NCBI GenBank assembly: GCA_951406725.2
Contig: OX597820.1
Coordinates: 77,686,001 to 77,750,000 of the forward strand
Direction: 5' to 3'
Source: Octopus vulgaris
Taxonomy: Eukaryota
Length of the DNA: 64,000 nt
Below are positions 27,157 through 41,297 of this stretch, one piece after another (the stretch's first letter is position 1; each line of letters opens with the position of its first letter). Both the position numbers and the translations under genes were made by a program. The notes under the pieces were generated by a model. The model made no database searches, was not told the DNA's origin, and saw nothing but the letters and a program-made list of their open reading frames with translations.

Positions 27157-30100
27157 TCCAAAGTACTGTTGCTGAATATCTCCCGTTGTGCGATTTACAA
27201 ATAGTAATTTTCTGAAATCATGTGTATTTTCTACATTTTGCTACTGTTTTTAAAATTAACATTATGAACCGTTTGCTTAAATAAAGAACATAGTAACAGT
27301 ATGAAGAATAATTTGACTGAAATACAAGCTTTTGTCGTCAAAAATTCTTCCGATGTAATTTAGATGTTATCAATAATATGCCGTCATACGCTTCGCTTCT
27401 TTTTTGAAAACTGAAAGAGAGAATATGACATTAATCACATCGCAAACGTTGATGAAAACAGTACAACGAGTTAACTGACTGATTGATCGAATGACTAGTG
27501 AAACACTTTATTAGTTTGTATAATTTAATTAGTTACTTATTTTATTACAATAGCAAGAAGAGGAATATAACCTGCAAGTATGCTGTTATTATGAAACTGA
27601 CCCTTTAAACCTCGAAAATTATAATCTTTCCAGCAAATATCTTCCAAAATAAGTACAACACCTAAATACTGAGAGTTCTATTTTGATAGAGTAAGGCGAA
27701 ACGTGACAGAATTGGTAGCATGAGAGAAAAAATAAATTTATTTAATTTGGTTGCCTGAGAATACTGTTATATTATCTATGCATCTTGATTAAAAAGAAAA
27801 TAAACAGAATAAAACAAGCTAGCTCCGATACAAAATTATTTTATTTTATTCTATTTTTAAAGACATTATTTTTGGAAAGATGAACGACAATAAAAGTAAA
27901 TCAGATGTCAAACAAACTTGCAAAATTTAATAAGATTCGTATACCCTGAAAATCTAATCCTCCATAAAGTTAATTTGCCTTCTACTTGTAGTTATTTTAT
28001 TATTTACCTTTCAGGTGTACTTATTGTATAAAACCCACCGGAGCTGATACAATAACAACCAATACTATCTTTGAGAAAATTAGATTATCTACAATATCCG
28101 CTAAAATATAACTAGTCATGCCAAGTGTATAAAATATTCTTAGACTCTCTGTGTGTGTGCGTGTGTGTGTTGGTGTGTATATGTGTTTGTGTGTGTGTGT
28201 GTAATTAATCTTGTCTGCCATAACAGTGAACGCAACAATTACAGCAGAATCTCTGTTTACACGGTGCCTTGTTGCTTCACAATATGTTGCGCAATATATG
28301 AGCAAAAATATATCGCCTTAGCACTCAGACGATACGAAACAGAGTAATGTTTCACACGGTAGTGCACGTAACATAGGAATTGGCTTTGACTGGAATGAAT
28401 ATATCTATAGTGTTAATGTTTCGGTTGAAACAATCACAGAAATATATTATATCGTCATTTGCTTATGGTTGTGAATGACATAGCACTGGTGTAGTAAATT
28501 TGATTCAGAACAGGTGAACACAGAGCAAATTGAAGTAAGGTATATGGTTCAGTTTTTAGCGTTTCTTATGCTACCATGTTTGAACGTCGTTTTCCTTTGC
28601 GCAGAGGCAATAGCCATGCCCGGAGATTAATTCGGAAACCTGAAAGTAATACTATAACTGTGTAGACTTCCATAAATTTCGAAAATTCTGATAGATTTCA
28701 CAATGATTTCTTCCTAAGTTCTACAATTTATATACATCGGATATAGAGTTGAAATACTGAAAATACAATTCCTTTTGGCTAAGAACTTTAGATAAATTCT
28801 CGGCGATATATTTTAGGATGCCATCAGCATGACAAGTAATGTCTTAATTATTAGAAGAAACCCTGTATGACTTTCCATGCACCAGAAGCATATATTTGTA
28901 TGCAGTTTACTAGGTTTTACTATGAAATAAAGCAGAGACATTCACAAAATGCATCCAGGTTGATATAATAATATTAGTAATGTACGGGTACCTATTCAAT
29001 TGACTGTAATCCATATCGCGAACACGATTTTGCCTATGTTAGAATTCTACATTTATCTAAAATTAAAAAGAAAGTATAGTAACTCTATCGACCATCTACA
29101 GATTTACATGCTAGGTCTAATCTTAATTTTGGTAGTTATAATATTGATTTTTATACAGAAACAAAAACACAGGGAAGATATTGAATTGTGTAACAACACA
29201 TCAGTTTAATAGCAGATTCGATGTATTTTAGTGAATAAGAAACTGGACTTCGGTTATGCTCTGTTTTGAAACAAATCTGATTGATCCTCTACAACTACTA
29301 AATTTCTGGCGATTTATATAGCCATTGTACAATACCGCTTTGTTAACTGTAGTATTTGACAAAAGAATGCACTTAAGAAATAACAAATGATTATAGATTG
29401 TTTTTACATAACAATTTGAATGAAAATTATTGTTACCATATAGTGCATAGTTTATCACTGCAGACGATGTTTACATTAATACTACGCTATTTACGAAGTT
29501 CGTCTGCAATAAAATAACAAATATTCTAGATATCTGCTACGTTAACGCCTGGAAGGTGCCTGTGTGATTGGACATATTCTAACTCTTGTTGTCCTATATC
29601 GATTTATCTTGACATTGTCTTTCTTTAAATCCTGACCCGTTCATTTTCTGCAGCAAAATAAAACAAGACCATATTGATAAGGACAAATCAAATATTATAA
29701 TTCTGATCAATGATTTGTGTTGTCTCGTAATTCATTAATAGTATGTACCGACACGGACACCTAGCACTTATCTTCCTTCGTTCTTTCATTTAGGAGACAA
29801 GTTTTCTAATCTGATAAATCTGTTAGTAATTTTATTGAAATGACTTACTGCAAAAGAGACAACGTGATGTTGCTACTTATGCAATGTGCCTCTATGAATA
29901 ATATTAATATTCAGCCGCACATGAGGATTTCTACTAACAAATGATCTACACTTGATTCTAGATCCTGTTTCCTCCTTGTTTAAAGAGGAATATGTATGTG
30001 GGCTGAATAAAGACAGAAAGAGAGAGAGAGAAAAACTATTTCACCTTCATTCTTATGACGAAGTAAGTGTAACCGACCGAAGGTATAATTGCCAAGAGAA

Positions 30101-31114
30101 TGTATGCTATTAATACGTGTAGTATTGACTTCAAAACACTTAGACCTTTGTAATGGTTTCGTTGTTATTTGTCATTTAGGCCAGTGTTCAATTTGGTAGA
30201 TGGAAACTGAAAGAAGCCTGTCGTATATGGAGAACTCGTATGTATTTTAGCTGATGAGTACGGGACACTTTTATCTGCTGCAATTTTTGCAACTTGTAAT
30301 AAAGCCTGTCTTTGTATGAAACAATTGTACTAAAAACTAATCCATTCTTGTTGCTTCTTTCTCGTTTATAATCACCCCACATTACTGTATGGTTAACACC
30401 ATATAGTTTTTCTGGTGCATCTAAGTTAAGTACTACATTCAAGTAAATTCATTGGAATTTACTTGAATCTTAATTGCTTTGATTGTATATATATATATAT
30501 ATATATATACAAATTTTGGGGTATATTTCACAGGCGAAATAAACCACTAGGTGCGCTAGGTAAATAAATAAATATAATATAATATAACGTATATATATAT
30601 TTTTTTTTCTAGTTTCAGCTCAGAGCTGCGGCCATGCTGATGCATATTTATTTATGCTCCCGTAACGTATCGTTTCGACCACAGACACCAATAGAATAAG
30701 TGTTAGGCTTCAAAAATAAATAAGCTCACATGAGGATTTGTTAACGACAAAATATTTGAAAAATATTCATTTTATGCCATTTACTCTTATCGATTTTTTT
30801 TTTTTTTACTTCAATTGTATTATAAACATTTTCATTTTTCATGAAGTTTATGTAAATACTTCGCTACTAAGTATGCATTATTATAGCTGTTTTGATAATA
30901 CAGAGCTCTAACTCCCAGGCACAAGTTTTGTCATATACCGCAACTATATTCAACGGAAAACGTCTCACTTTTACAATAAAACGCTTAGTATTAGCGACAT
31001 AGAGTAACCGAAACTGGTTCTAAAACGGTCAGAATCAGAATAAAGAGAAACACTCAAATGCATGTATGTTCATACACATATATTTATAATACCATATAAC
31101 ATCATGTAGGATCA

Positions 31115-31330
31115 GGCGTGGCACCTTGGGTAAATGTCTTCTACTATCGATGAAAGCCTTGTGAGAGGATTTAGTAAATGGAAACTGAAAGAAGCCTGTC
31201 ATATATATACATATATTAATAATAGAATTATATATATATGTATGTATATATGTGTGTGTGTGAGTGTGTGCGCGCGTGTGTGTGTGAGTGTGTGCGCGCG
31301 TGTGTGTGTGCGTATATTTGAGTGTGTGTG
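31115..31330 (+). mobile_element. Family-A SINE fragment
   Basis: gcgtggcaccttgggtaaatgtcttctactat...ggaaactgaaagaagcctgtc followed by a TA/GT repeat. A more decayed minus copy lies at about 31520-31660. Confidence 0.75.
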
Positions 31331-33463
31331 TGTGTGTGTGTGTGTGTGGCTTTTGTCCTTGCATAACCAATTCTCAACAAAAATATAGAGTAACTGTTTA
31401 GATTAATGATGAATTAATTTATTATATCTGGACATAAAAACTAACATAAATATTTATAAATATGAGAGGAATTGAATGTGTGTTTGTATGTGAATATTCA
31501 TGTGTGTATGTGTGTGTGATATGTTTCTACAGTTCAGATCAACCAAATTCACTTACAAATCAGTTTTAGTTTTATCGTAGAAGCCATTGCACCCCCGTGA
31601 GATTGAATTTGTATCACCTTGGTTGCAAAGAAACTTCTCTGAACTCAAATCCATGCAAGCACTATATTTGTGTGAAGAGTAAAAAGGTTACAAAAAAAGA
31701 GATTCAGAGAAAATATGTGATAGTGTTGCAAGTGTGAAAGTGCAATCATAATCAAATGCAATCTTGAATAACATATTACATATAAGTATATGAATATTCA
31801 TACTCTATGCAAATTGCTTACCATCTACAGCTGCGTATGTAGGAAATTATCATAAATTTGCGTAAACTGGAAATGTATGAAAAAGTTATACAGAAAAACA
31901 AATTGCAAATGCATGGCGAGTGTACAGCTATTTCTCTAGTGATGAGTTAATATTCAAAATATATACCTGATCAAAACATTAACAGCTAATCAAATGTTTA
32001 GTTATGACTGAATGAACTTTGGTGTATTAAATTTCCATAAGTTCCCTTTTCGTTATATATTGTAGTGTAACGTTAAGCTCACAGTGTTTTAACCTCCATT
32101 TAAATGAACTCGTATACTAACACATGCAGTTTTCAGATAGAATAAGAATCAAACGAACAACAAACTATAGCTATTGTCATGTGGGAATGCAAAGTATCGA
32201 TTTTATATTTTGTATTATCCCTACCAATGAAATATGTGCTATCATTTTGCAAATTTACGTTTCTCGCTACCGTTTTTTTTTTTTTTTGCTGCCAGTTCTA
32301 TAATTTATGTTTCGGACAGTCAACATATCTCATTTTTCAACATTTCAACAATTCTCATTTTTCTTAATCGAAAATAAAGGAATGATTAAGAACTATTCTA
32401 ATCCACTTATGACATGCATTTTATGCACCAACTAATGATATTCCGTATGATAATTGTCTTTATTAACGATGATTTATATGCCCGATGTCATTCCTGTATT
32501 ACACGAACCAAATATTGGAAGTCTGAGAAGTTTATTCCAATTACTTATGACATCAATTGCATTTAACCCTAACTCATGAAAATCTCATCTGATGCTGATA
32601 ACCTTATGATTTACACACGAAACCTCGTTCATTCCATAATCTAACGTCCCTATATTAGCACTCTCCAGGATTATGTCGGATGTAGTCCATTAGCAGTATA
32701 AATGAAACATAATACGTAAAATTCTCAGAGGAAAAAACTACTTTTACAGGACAGTTTTTCATGCGACTCCAGACTATCAAAATAAATGTTGCGATGTTAT
32801 CTCTCAATTACTAAAGTTTTACCGACAATAACTCTTTTATAGAAATCTGCTACAACTTTTCTACCCATTTCGCAATTCGAATGACACTAGTGGTACAAAG
32901 CGTCAGCGTTTACTTTCCTTAAGCTCACTGCGTTACTATTCGTTATTTCTGCGGGCGTACAGCTTCATCGGGCCGTATATGTATTTGTCATATGCAAATC
33001 TTTCTCCAAAATCTGTGATCAACGTAGAAAATCATCCAAATGTTGCTTTTCCACCACATTTAATCCTTGGGTCCCATTGGAAGCTTCTCTCCTTACCACA
33101 TCTTTCTCTCCCATTCTTTATCCACCTACTCTAACACCATAAGTGTATCTCACAGTCTTCGGAGAAAAGGAAATACATCCCATCCCATCCTAGGAAAATA
33201 GTCAGTCAGACTGATCGAATACATTTAAGGGGAGATGTTTTGCACATACTTCAATTGCATAAAACATATCAGGAATGAACATTACTTACATTATTTACAT
33301 TATCTACATCTGACGGATATTTGTCCTCATCTTGTTGTTAACACGATTTTCGGCTGATATACCCTCCAGCCTTATTCAGGTATCATGGGGAAATTTCGAA
33401 CTTGAATTCTAATTCCTAAGCTATTTTTCGATGTTATTATTATTAATTATTATTATTATTATT

Positions 33464-34185
33464 GAGTGAGAGATCAGTTCATGCCATCAAAGTGACACTG
33501 GGGTAAAATATACGAAGCCCAATATACCCATCATGACTACCCGTCTGATAAAGGTACACCAGGCACATGCATCACAACCATATGTGCGCGACATGGTGAT
33601 CTCATATCAAGATAAACAGCACATGACCTTGCAGGTGGGGCCCAGTTAGAATTTTCTTCAGGTTGAGTAGCCCATCCCGCTCAAACGGTCCCTGAATAAG
33701 GGTTGTGTAAGGATGTTGAAAGAACCACCCATGTTTCCAGAGGTGAACTATTCAAACCTCCAAGAATTCCTTTCAACACATGGCTATGATGCTCCCCCAC
33801 TACTTCTGCTCGTGATCAGAGATGCACATATCGTCAGCCACTAAGGGACATGCTCAACTGGTTAAGGTCAAACAACTGACAAGCAAATCTGCGGTATTGA
33901 GCAGAATATTTGCTGTAGCCCATCTTTTATACCAAGACAAAACAATGTACATGATAACACTTCCAATCAGTGTGTACATGATAACACTTCCAATCAGTGT
34001 GTACATGATAACACTTCCAATCAGTTTATACATGATAACACTTCCAATCAGTTGTACATGATAACACTTCCAATCAGTATGTACATGATAACACTTCCAA
34101 TCAGTATGTACATGATAACACTTCCAATCAGTATGTACATGATAACACTTCCAATCAGTATGTACATGATAACACTTCCAATCAG

Positions 34186-34186
<1 letters not shown>
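33464..34186 (-). mobile_element. Non-coding insert in (TAA)n, probably a retroelement 3' end (strand inferred)
   Basis: A GC-richer block bounded by (TTA)n on both sides, inside the split SINE, with no recognisable ORF. Confidence 0.55.
33946..34186. repeat. 27-bp minisatellite, 9 copies
   Basis: TGTACATGATAACACTTCCAATCAGT(A/G/T) repeated contiguously. Confidence 0.97.
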
Positions 34187-34227
<41 letters not shown>

Positions 34228-34271
34228 TTTGTTGTTGTTGTTGTTGTTGTGTTTGTGGTTGTTGTTGTTGC

Positions 34272-34343
<72 letters not shown>

Positions 34344-34367
34344 CATTATTATTATTATTATTATTAT

Positions 34368-35099
34368 TCTATGTTTGACTTTTGCTTTATATTTGCACAA
34401 GTTGGCTCCAAGTCTCACCCAGAGACCCCAAGAGACAACAGGGTTGGAAGTTCATGTTGTTGTTATGCCTAGTGTGCCATATATATTGGGGGGTGGGGAT
34501 GTTGTACTAATGAATGTCTAAAAAAAAGGGTTTTTTTTTATTTTTTTAAACCGAAAATTATGTTTGTTTTAAACCTTGAGATTACATAGAGAGTATTTTG
34601 CGTAGGATATGAGCAGTTCCCATGAGCACTATCTTTTGAACTTCTGCCATTTTTGGGTTTCCTGGTATCTGAGTTAGGTAGCTATCAGCCCCTTTTGCTA
34701 TCATTCCCAGGGCACCTATGACAACAGGTATTGTTTTAGTCTTCAGCTTCCACATTTTGCTGATTTCTATTTCAAGATCTTTATATTTGCTCAGTTTTTG
34801 GTAGGTCTTGACAGATACGTTTATATCGATTGGGACAGTCATATCAATGAGGAGGCATGTTCTTTGTTTGAAGTCTTTCAATATGATGTCTGGCCTATTT
34901 GCATCTATCTTCCTGTCAGTTTGAATGGTGAAGTTCCAGAGAAGTGAGATGTGGTCATTTTCAAGCACTGGGGGTGGTTTGTGTTCCCACCAGTTTTTTT
35001 CATGGGGCAAATCCAGGTATTTACAGATTACCCAGTGAATATATTGTGCAGCTCTATCGTGCCTGTTGAGATACTCTGATCGTGCCTGTTGAGATACTC

Positions 35100-35101
<2 letters not shown>
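34368..35101 (-). mobile_element. 5'-truncated R4/Dong-clade non-LTR retrotransposon (restriction-like endonuclease and 3' UTR)
   Basis: Uninterrupted frame EYLNRHDRAAQYIHWVIC..LLWNFTIQTDRKIDANRPDIIL..LLIDMTVP..KLSKYKDL..IPVVIGALG (RHD, PD..D and KxxKY motifs), stop at 34582. Flanked by (TAA)n, the known Dong target. Confidence 0.92.
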
Positions 35102-35138
<37 letters not shown>

Positions 35139-35205
35139 TCAGCTCAGTGCCTGGTATCGAATTCGGAATCTTGTGGTTACTAGCCTGCGCTTTGAACCAC
35201 TACGC

Positions 35206-35374
35206 ATATCTTAGGAATGAGAACCCAGGTCGGAAATTTCCCCCAAGACTCTTGATGTAGGCTTGAGGATATATCAGCCTAAACGCTGTGTTAACAAGAT
35301 GAGGACAAATATCATCAAATGTTAATAATATAAATAATGTACATAATTCCGCATCTCTTAAATACAGAACTGTA
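35206..35374 (+). mobile_element. Inverted tail-only copy of the HHR SINE, head-to-head with the preceding copy
   Basis: ttaggaatgagaacccaggtcggaaatttccccc..gactcTTGATGTaggcttgaggatatatcagccTAAACgctgtgtt..cagaactgtat. Confidence 0.75.
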
Positions 35375-35957
35375 TTTTATTTTATTTCAATCAACAAGCA
35401 TAGTATATTGTTTGGAAATCTAGATAAGAGACATATATATCATATATATATATATATATGCGTGTGTGTGTGTGTATAAGTATGTATGTATATTTATATA
35501 TACACACACAATACGGAAGACACCTACTCAAGGTATGAAATTTTCCAGTTCGTGTGCAAACTGCGATCGTGGCCGTATATATTCTTATCAATTCTAGTCT
35601 TAAAACAACCTGAATAGACTACGCTATATAACTCGCATCAGGTCCCATTACAGGAGCGGTAGACATTAGCGTTTCGTCACTTTTTCACTTGTCAATAAGT
35701 GGTATTAACAAGTAACAAAAATGACGTAACATTTATTCCTACCATTTTTATAACAGCAAATGTAACTGGACTGATGAAAGTTATCTTGTTTTTCCATGAC
35801 TTCCAGATGTGTTAACACAAGGAGATTTGAATAGAATATATTCTCTTACGCTTATAATCACCGCCTTTCAACGAACTGGAAAAAAATGCCTTTTTGTGTT
35901 TGTGGGTTCGATATTTTTTACATACTTCAGGTTGCTTCTGATTCATATTTGAATATA

Positions 35958-36291
35958 CACGGCGTCCCAGAAGTAACCAAACCCTAATTATTGTTAACAG
36001 TTACAAATAAATGCAGCAGCTAGATCATAATAAGTAGTACAAAACGGCGTATTCTTCATGTTGAGACACTAAAGGCCACAACTTTTCCTTTAAAATTTTA
36101 AGACAATCAGCAAATCACAATATATACGTTTCATTTATTATTTTGCACATTACTTAAACATCGTTATATATTTAATCTTACATTTAGTAATTTTCTAGAC
36201 GGTATAATTTAATTTTTCATTATTGAATTGATATAAGGTGTTTTTTTCTAACTTACATATATACATATACATATATATATGCATGTATGTG

Positions 36292-36322
<31 letters not shown>

Positions 36323-36734
36323 TTATATATGTATATATATATATACATACATGCATACATACATATATATAAATATATATATATATGTATATATGTATGT
36401 ATGTAGATATGTACATATATATATATATGGTGCTATAGGTGGTGCTATTAAGTTAGACATGGCCTGGGCCAATAATGGCCGAAACCTATCAAAGTATCAA
36501 AGTATCAAAGTATATATATATATATGAACAGGATGGCTCAGAAGTAACCGACACTCTATTGAATTTATTGTCCATATTTAAAATCATATCTTAAAATTTT
36601 AAAGGAAAAGTTGTGGACTATAGTGTGTTAACATGAAGAATACGTCGTTTTGTACTACTTATTATGATCTACCTGCTCCATTTATTTGCAGCTTTTAACA
36701 ATAATTAGGGTTCGGTTACTTCAAGAACGCTGTG
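35958..36734. mobile_element. Tc1/mariner-type MITE sequence in inverted arrangement
   Basis: About 147-bp diverged inverted arms (35958-36104 and 36589-36734) with TA-flanked CAC(G/A)GCGT..GAAGTAACC ends. A third terminus-like CAGGATGGCTCAGAAGTAACC lies near 36529. Confidence 0.7.
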
Positions 36735-36837
36735 TATATTCAAATATGTGTGTGTATATGTATATGCATATATATATATGTATATGTTATGTATATATAT
36801 ATATATATATGTATATGTTATGTATATATATATATGC

Positions 36838-36876
<39 letters not shown>

Positions 36877-36949
36877 GGTTGTATGTATATATATATGATG
36901 TATATATGCATGAATGTGTGTATATATACATATATGTATGTATATATGT

Positions 36950-37592
36950 ATGGGACGCCGAACTTACACGAAGATGAAAATAATACTGACATCTCATTTT
37001 AATAGAAATATTACCAAAATTACATGAATATATCTTGAAATACTAAAGAGTAAATTTATTCAATAAAATCGGCAATGACGTCACCCACCGCCTCTAGACG
37101 ACTTTGGAATCTCCTGAAATTCTTTTGGATGGATTCCTTGTTGAAGATGGTGAATACTGCCATCATCCTTACCGACTTTGGTGTTACAATGCGTTTTGTT
37201 GGTCTCTCACTCAACTGCTTTCCACACATATTGATCGGGGGGGGGCAGTTTGGGGAGTTAGGTGGCCAAATATTAGGGGTGATGTGATCGCAGAAATTGT
37301 CTGACAACCATGATTGGTTTCTCCTCCCTCTGTGACATGCTGCCAAATCATGTAATCAGACATGAGTTTTTCCAGCAATCCCCATCTTGACACAGAGCAG
37401 CACTACCTCCTCCAGGCACTTGATGAAAACCTCCATGTTGAATCTGAAGCCGTGTGAGAAGATGAATGGAGGAATAAGTTCGTCATCACTAGTGATTACT
37501 CTAAACAACATGGTGTTGACAGTACATTCTCAGTACATATACTCAGATTGCACAAAATAGAAAATGGTGACAATTTCCCTATGACATCCTGT
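36950..37592 (-). mobile_element. Internally deleted DD37D (maT) Tc1/mariner transposon
   Basis: QSWLSDNFCDHITPNIWPPNSPNC...RRFQSRLEAV...FIE. TA-CAGGATGTCATAGGGAAATTG terminus at about 37591. Homologous to 52700-53419. Confidence 0.85.
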
Positions 37593-37603
37593 ATATATAT
37601 ATA

Positions 37604-37750
37604 CAGAGTTGACGACAAAAACAAAAGACGAAAACAGGTGGTGTACAAAACAAACAGATGTATTAGCATAACGCTCAGGAATAAAAAAAGGATTTTGCGT
37701 TTCGAGCCTACGCTCTGCTACAGAAAGGGACACAGAAAAAAACAGGAGAT
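37604..37750 (-). mobile_element. Second copy of the U6-variant HHR element
   Basis: Minus strand ctttCTGTAGCaGAGCgtagGCTCGAAACgcaaaa at 37693-37727. Homologous to 13846-14048 and abuts (TA)n. Confidence 0.65.
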
Positions 37751-38023
37751 CATATGTATTATCCTTGCCTAATAATATTAATATTATCCATGAAGTCAAT
37801 CCAGCAATGTTAATATACGTAACACGATAAAACATGAAGCTATAAACGTGTTCAACTTTATGAGAGTGAGGGATAATTCAGAATAAAGATAATCTAACGT
37901 ATAAAAGACTTACAGACTTGCATATCAAATATACATTCCCATCATCAGCGAAACCCAAAGGATTATGACCACGCAGCATTGGTTTTTGCGGCAGGACATA
38001 GAACTGAATACTTTTCGAACGCA

Positions 38024-38086
<63 letters not shown>

Positions 38087-40154
38087 GCAAATATCTTCCA
38101 TCGAGTGATACCTGCCAAAGCATTTTATTCGATTGCAGCAAGAACCGGTAATAAGTACGCCTGTGCCGCCTCCCCATGCTATTAAATCTTCCATCTTTTA
38201 TATTTCTATCAATAATTCTTATTTATGGCACTCACCAGGTTACAAACTAAACATCTCTCATCAGCCATACAACAAAGCATGTGGAAAGTTGTTTGGAAGA
38301 AATTCTGTAATTAGATGGCGATTCAGCCTCGTTCAACAGTAAATTTATCCATAAAGTATAGATGTGAAAGGCAACTTTCTGCACAACGCAAACTCTAAAC
38401 CTCACTAATACATACTTTACTCAGAGTCTCTATAAACAATAGGCTTCAAGTCCAGTGACTGAAAAATCAAATATTTCATGGTATGTCACTATGGTAACGC
38501 TATATTGGCAATGACAGCAATTTTCAAAGAAAATGAAAACACACACTAAACCACTGCTCACATCAATTAGATGTCTTTTGTTGTTGCACAAGAAAGCACA
38601 TACATCGACTCTCAGATGGCACTGTCGCTGTAAAAGTGCGTTTTTGCGTTTGTGTAGTTAATATTGACTTTTTCTTTCTGTACAATTCCATCTTACGTAT
38701 TGAAATATGTCCTCATATTAAAGAGGCTTTTGCTTGATTTTTCATATTCAGACATCTTGATTACAATAGATGCATTCACTTTCTCCCTTTACTTAACAGA
38801 ACTAAATTTTTAAGAAGCTTTGTCTGTAAAAGAACGATATCAATAGTATAATTTGCATTCGCCTATTTTTCTTGTGGTTCGGTGACAAACAAAGGCATAT
38901 TTTTGTTAAAGTAAAGCCGAGTACTGAAAATTTGTCATTTGAAGTGCGTGGTAGGGTATTTGTATGGATATAAATCCAAGCAGTTTACATTATATTGGGT
39001 GAATGATTATTAATTTCTTCCTGAGGTGAATTATAAACTTAAGCGAAGTCAAATAGATTATGAAATGAATTATAGTCACGTAATTGACTTGACAGAAATT
39101 ATTCTTCTAAGCTAGCTTCGTCAAACAAATAACAGAAATATTCCAAAGAAATTTATTTGTCGTGCAGCGTATAAAACTCATGCAGATCAGGAATATATTG
39201 ATTTCGAACGATCGTATAAATATGTGCCGAATGAAATAGTCGATTAAATCGACATCTGTGAGGCGTTTTTAAAATTGAATTGAAGGGTGAATGCAAAGTT
39301 GTTTTAAAGAAATTAAGAATGGAAAGGAATCAAGCGAAACGATAAATGCATTTAATGTGTTATTCTATAGTTTTGATATTTAATACTTCTCCGAAGGCGT
39401 CAGAAGAATATTAGAAAAACCAAAGAAGATTTTTGAAGCATAACTGTCGCTATTAATTTCCTATGATTTTTATCTCATGGAGACAACATAGGAATCAATG
39501 TGTCTCCATTTATTTCACCAACCTAATTCAAATAAGATCTTGCATCAAATATTACATCTAGTATTACACCCCAGATAATATATTCTATGTCAAATTCTCG
39601 ATTCCAGTCAACGTAATTCCATTAATCCTTGCATTATGGATTTTAGCCACTATCTGATTATGTTACAATCCATTCTTGCATTTCACAGATAAAAGTCGCG
39701 ATGATACATTCATCCATTTGTGGTTACATGATAGAGATGTGAGTATGCGTCTGTGTCTGTGCATGTGTGTGCACGTGTGGGTTCGGCTATACGCATTAGC
39801 TTCCATTGCGCCATAGTATATTTAATAAGTGTGTACGCAGGCAGGAGCGAGACAATGGGGAATTATGCATCCCGAAGGAAGAGTAATAAAATGTGGCATC
39901 TGTTTAAACCACACACGAAAAATACGCATGTATGCAGACATACACACGCACATACACACATACACTCACACGTATATATATGAATATATATTAAGTCATA
40001 TGCATATGTATATATAAACACGTGATTATACATATGTATATACCTATACAAATATATATACATATATACATGTGAGTGTGTGTGTGTTTTGATAGCCAGA
40101 TATATAGATAAAGGTATATACCTACAGCTCTGCATATTTACATGTATGCGCATA

Positions 40155-40192
<38 letters not shown>

Positions 40193-41100
40193 TTTGAAAA
40201 GTTCATAGGTTGACAAAGACACATTCATGAAATCAGGTTTATATTTCACCATAGTCTTCTTTGCAATCCTTTCTCGTATGCCATTAGTGTTGTAGTGTTG
40301 TTTGTATCCAGTTTATGAAGATGCTTTCATCTTGTTGGTAAAAAACAGACATCAACGGTAGATATGAGGTCGCCATCAGTGCATATATATATATAGTTAT
40401 GTATGTGTGTGTGTGTGAACATTATCGACCACATAATTAACGAAAAGGAAGCGCATGTTTGAAAACGTATCCTCCACCACGCAATTACTCAGCCTACTAG
40501 CAGATAAATGTTTTCTGTTTTCTAGGTATATGTGTTTCATAACGTTTATCACACTAGTGCTGTTTCTATTTTATACTCGATTTTATAGCTACGTTCGTGC
40601 TGCCCAGCCATACTCTCACATAGTTTGCATGTTATATGCATATTAATTGTGGACTGGCGATATGGTTATTCTCCGATATACTGTTCCCGTACGTGATATT
40701 GATAAGCCACTCAAGTGGCGAAACATAGATGTTCATCACTCGTGGATTGGGTTATACGTGAATTATCTCGCCTTTGAGGTGTATTAATAATCGGCACTTT
40801 GAGAAGATATTCTTCACCACGCTATATCGCAGCCTACACGCAAATACACGGAGAGTATATGTTAAGTATACGTTTTTGATAATGTTTCTTATATTAGCTT
40901 TGCTTCTATTTCATATCCGAATACATACACACGCACATACATACATACATATATACATCCATACATACACACACGCAGAGACACACATGCACACACACAA
41001 ACACACACACGCACACACACACACGCACACACATATATATATATATATATATGTGTGTATATATTTATGTATATATATACACACATATATATATATATAT

Positions 41101-41297
41101 TCAAAATGTCACCGCATGCGTACCGTTGGCGATTTTTCCCTCCGTCTTCCCTTTGGATCTTTCCTTTTCCCATGTTTCTGACGAAGAGCTCCACTCGAGA
41201 CGTTAAACCCTCCTTCCTTCCTTCATTCCGGAGCGTCCAATAATACTATACTTGTTCCACGTTCTCGCGTTGTTGTGTTTTCATGTTTGGATCAATT

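Larger units (their letters stand above)
33279..35208 (-). mobile_element. Second tRNA-headed HHR SINE, split by two insertions in its (AAT)n tract
   Basis: The tail at 33279-33432 and the head at 35138-35208 are each homologous to the corresponding parts of 26188-26507. HHR remnant at 33340-33384 with stem II GGCUG/CAGCC. Confidence 0.75.

Noticed and set aside
29459-29686. Short inverted repeats as miRNA hairpins
   Set aside because: The stems are short or imperfect with long loops, and I recalled no matching conserved miRNA.
30188-30442. 84-aa ORF
   Set aside because: Its C-terminus is antisense SINE sequence and no domain is recognisable.
33946-34186. CRISPR-like array of 27-bp repeats
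   Set aside because: The repeats are contiguous with no unique spacers, there are no cas genes and the context is eukaryotic. It is a minisatellite.
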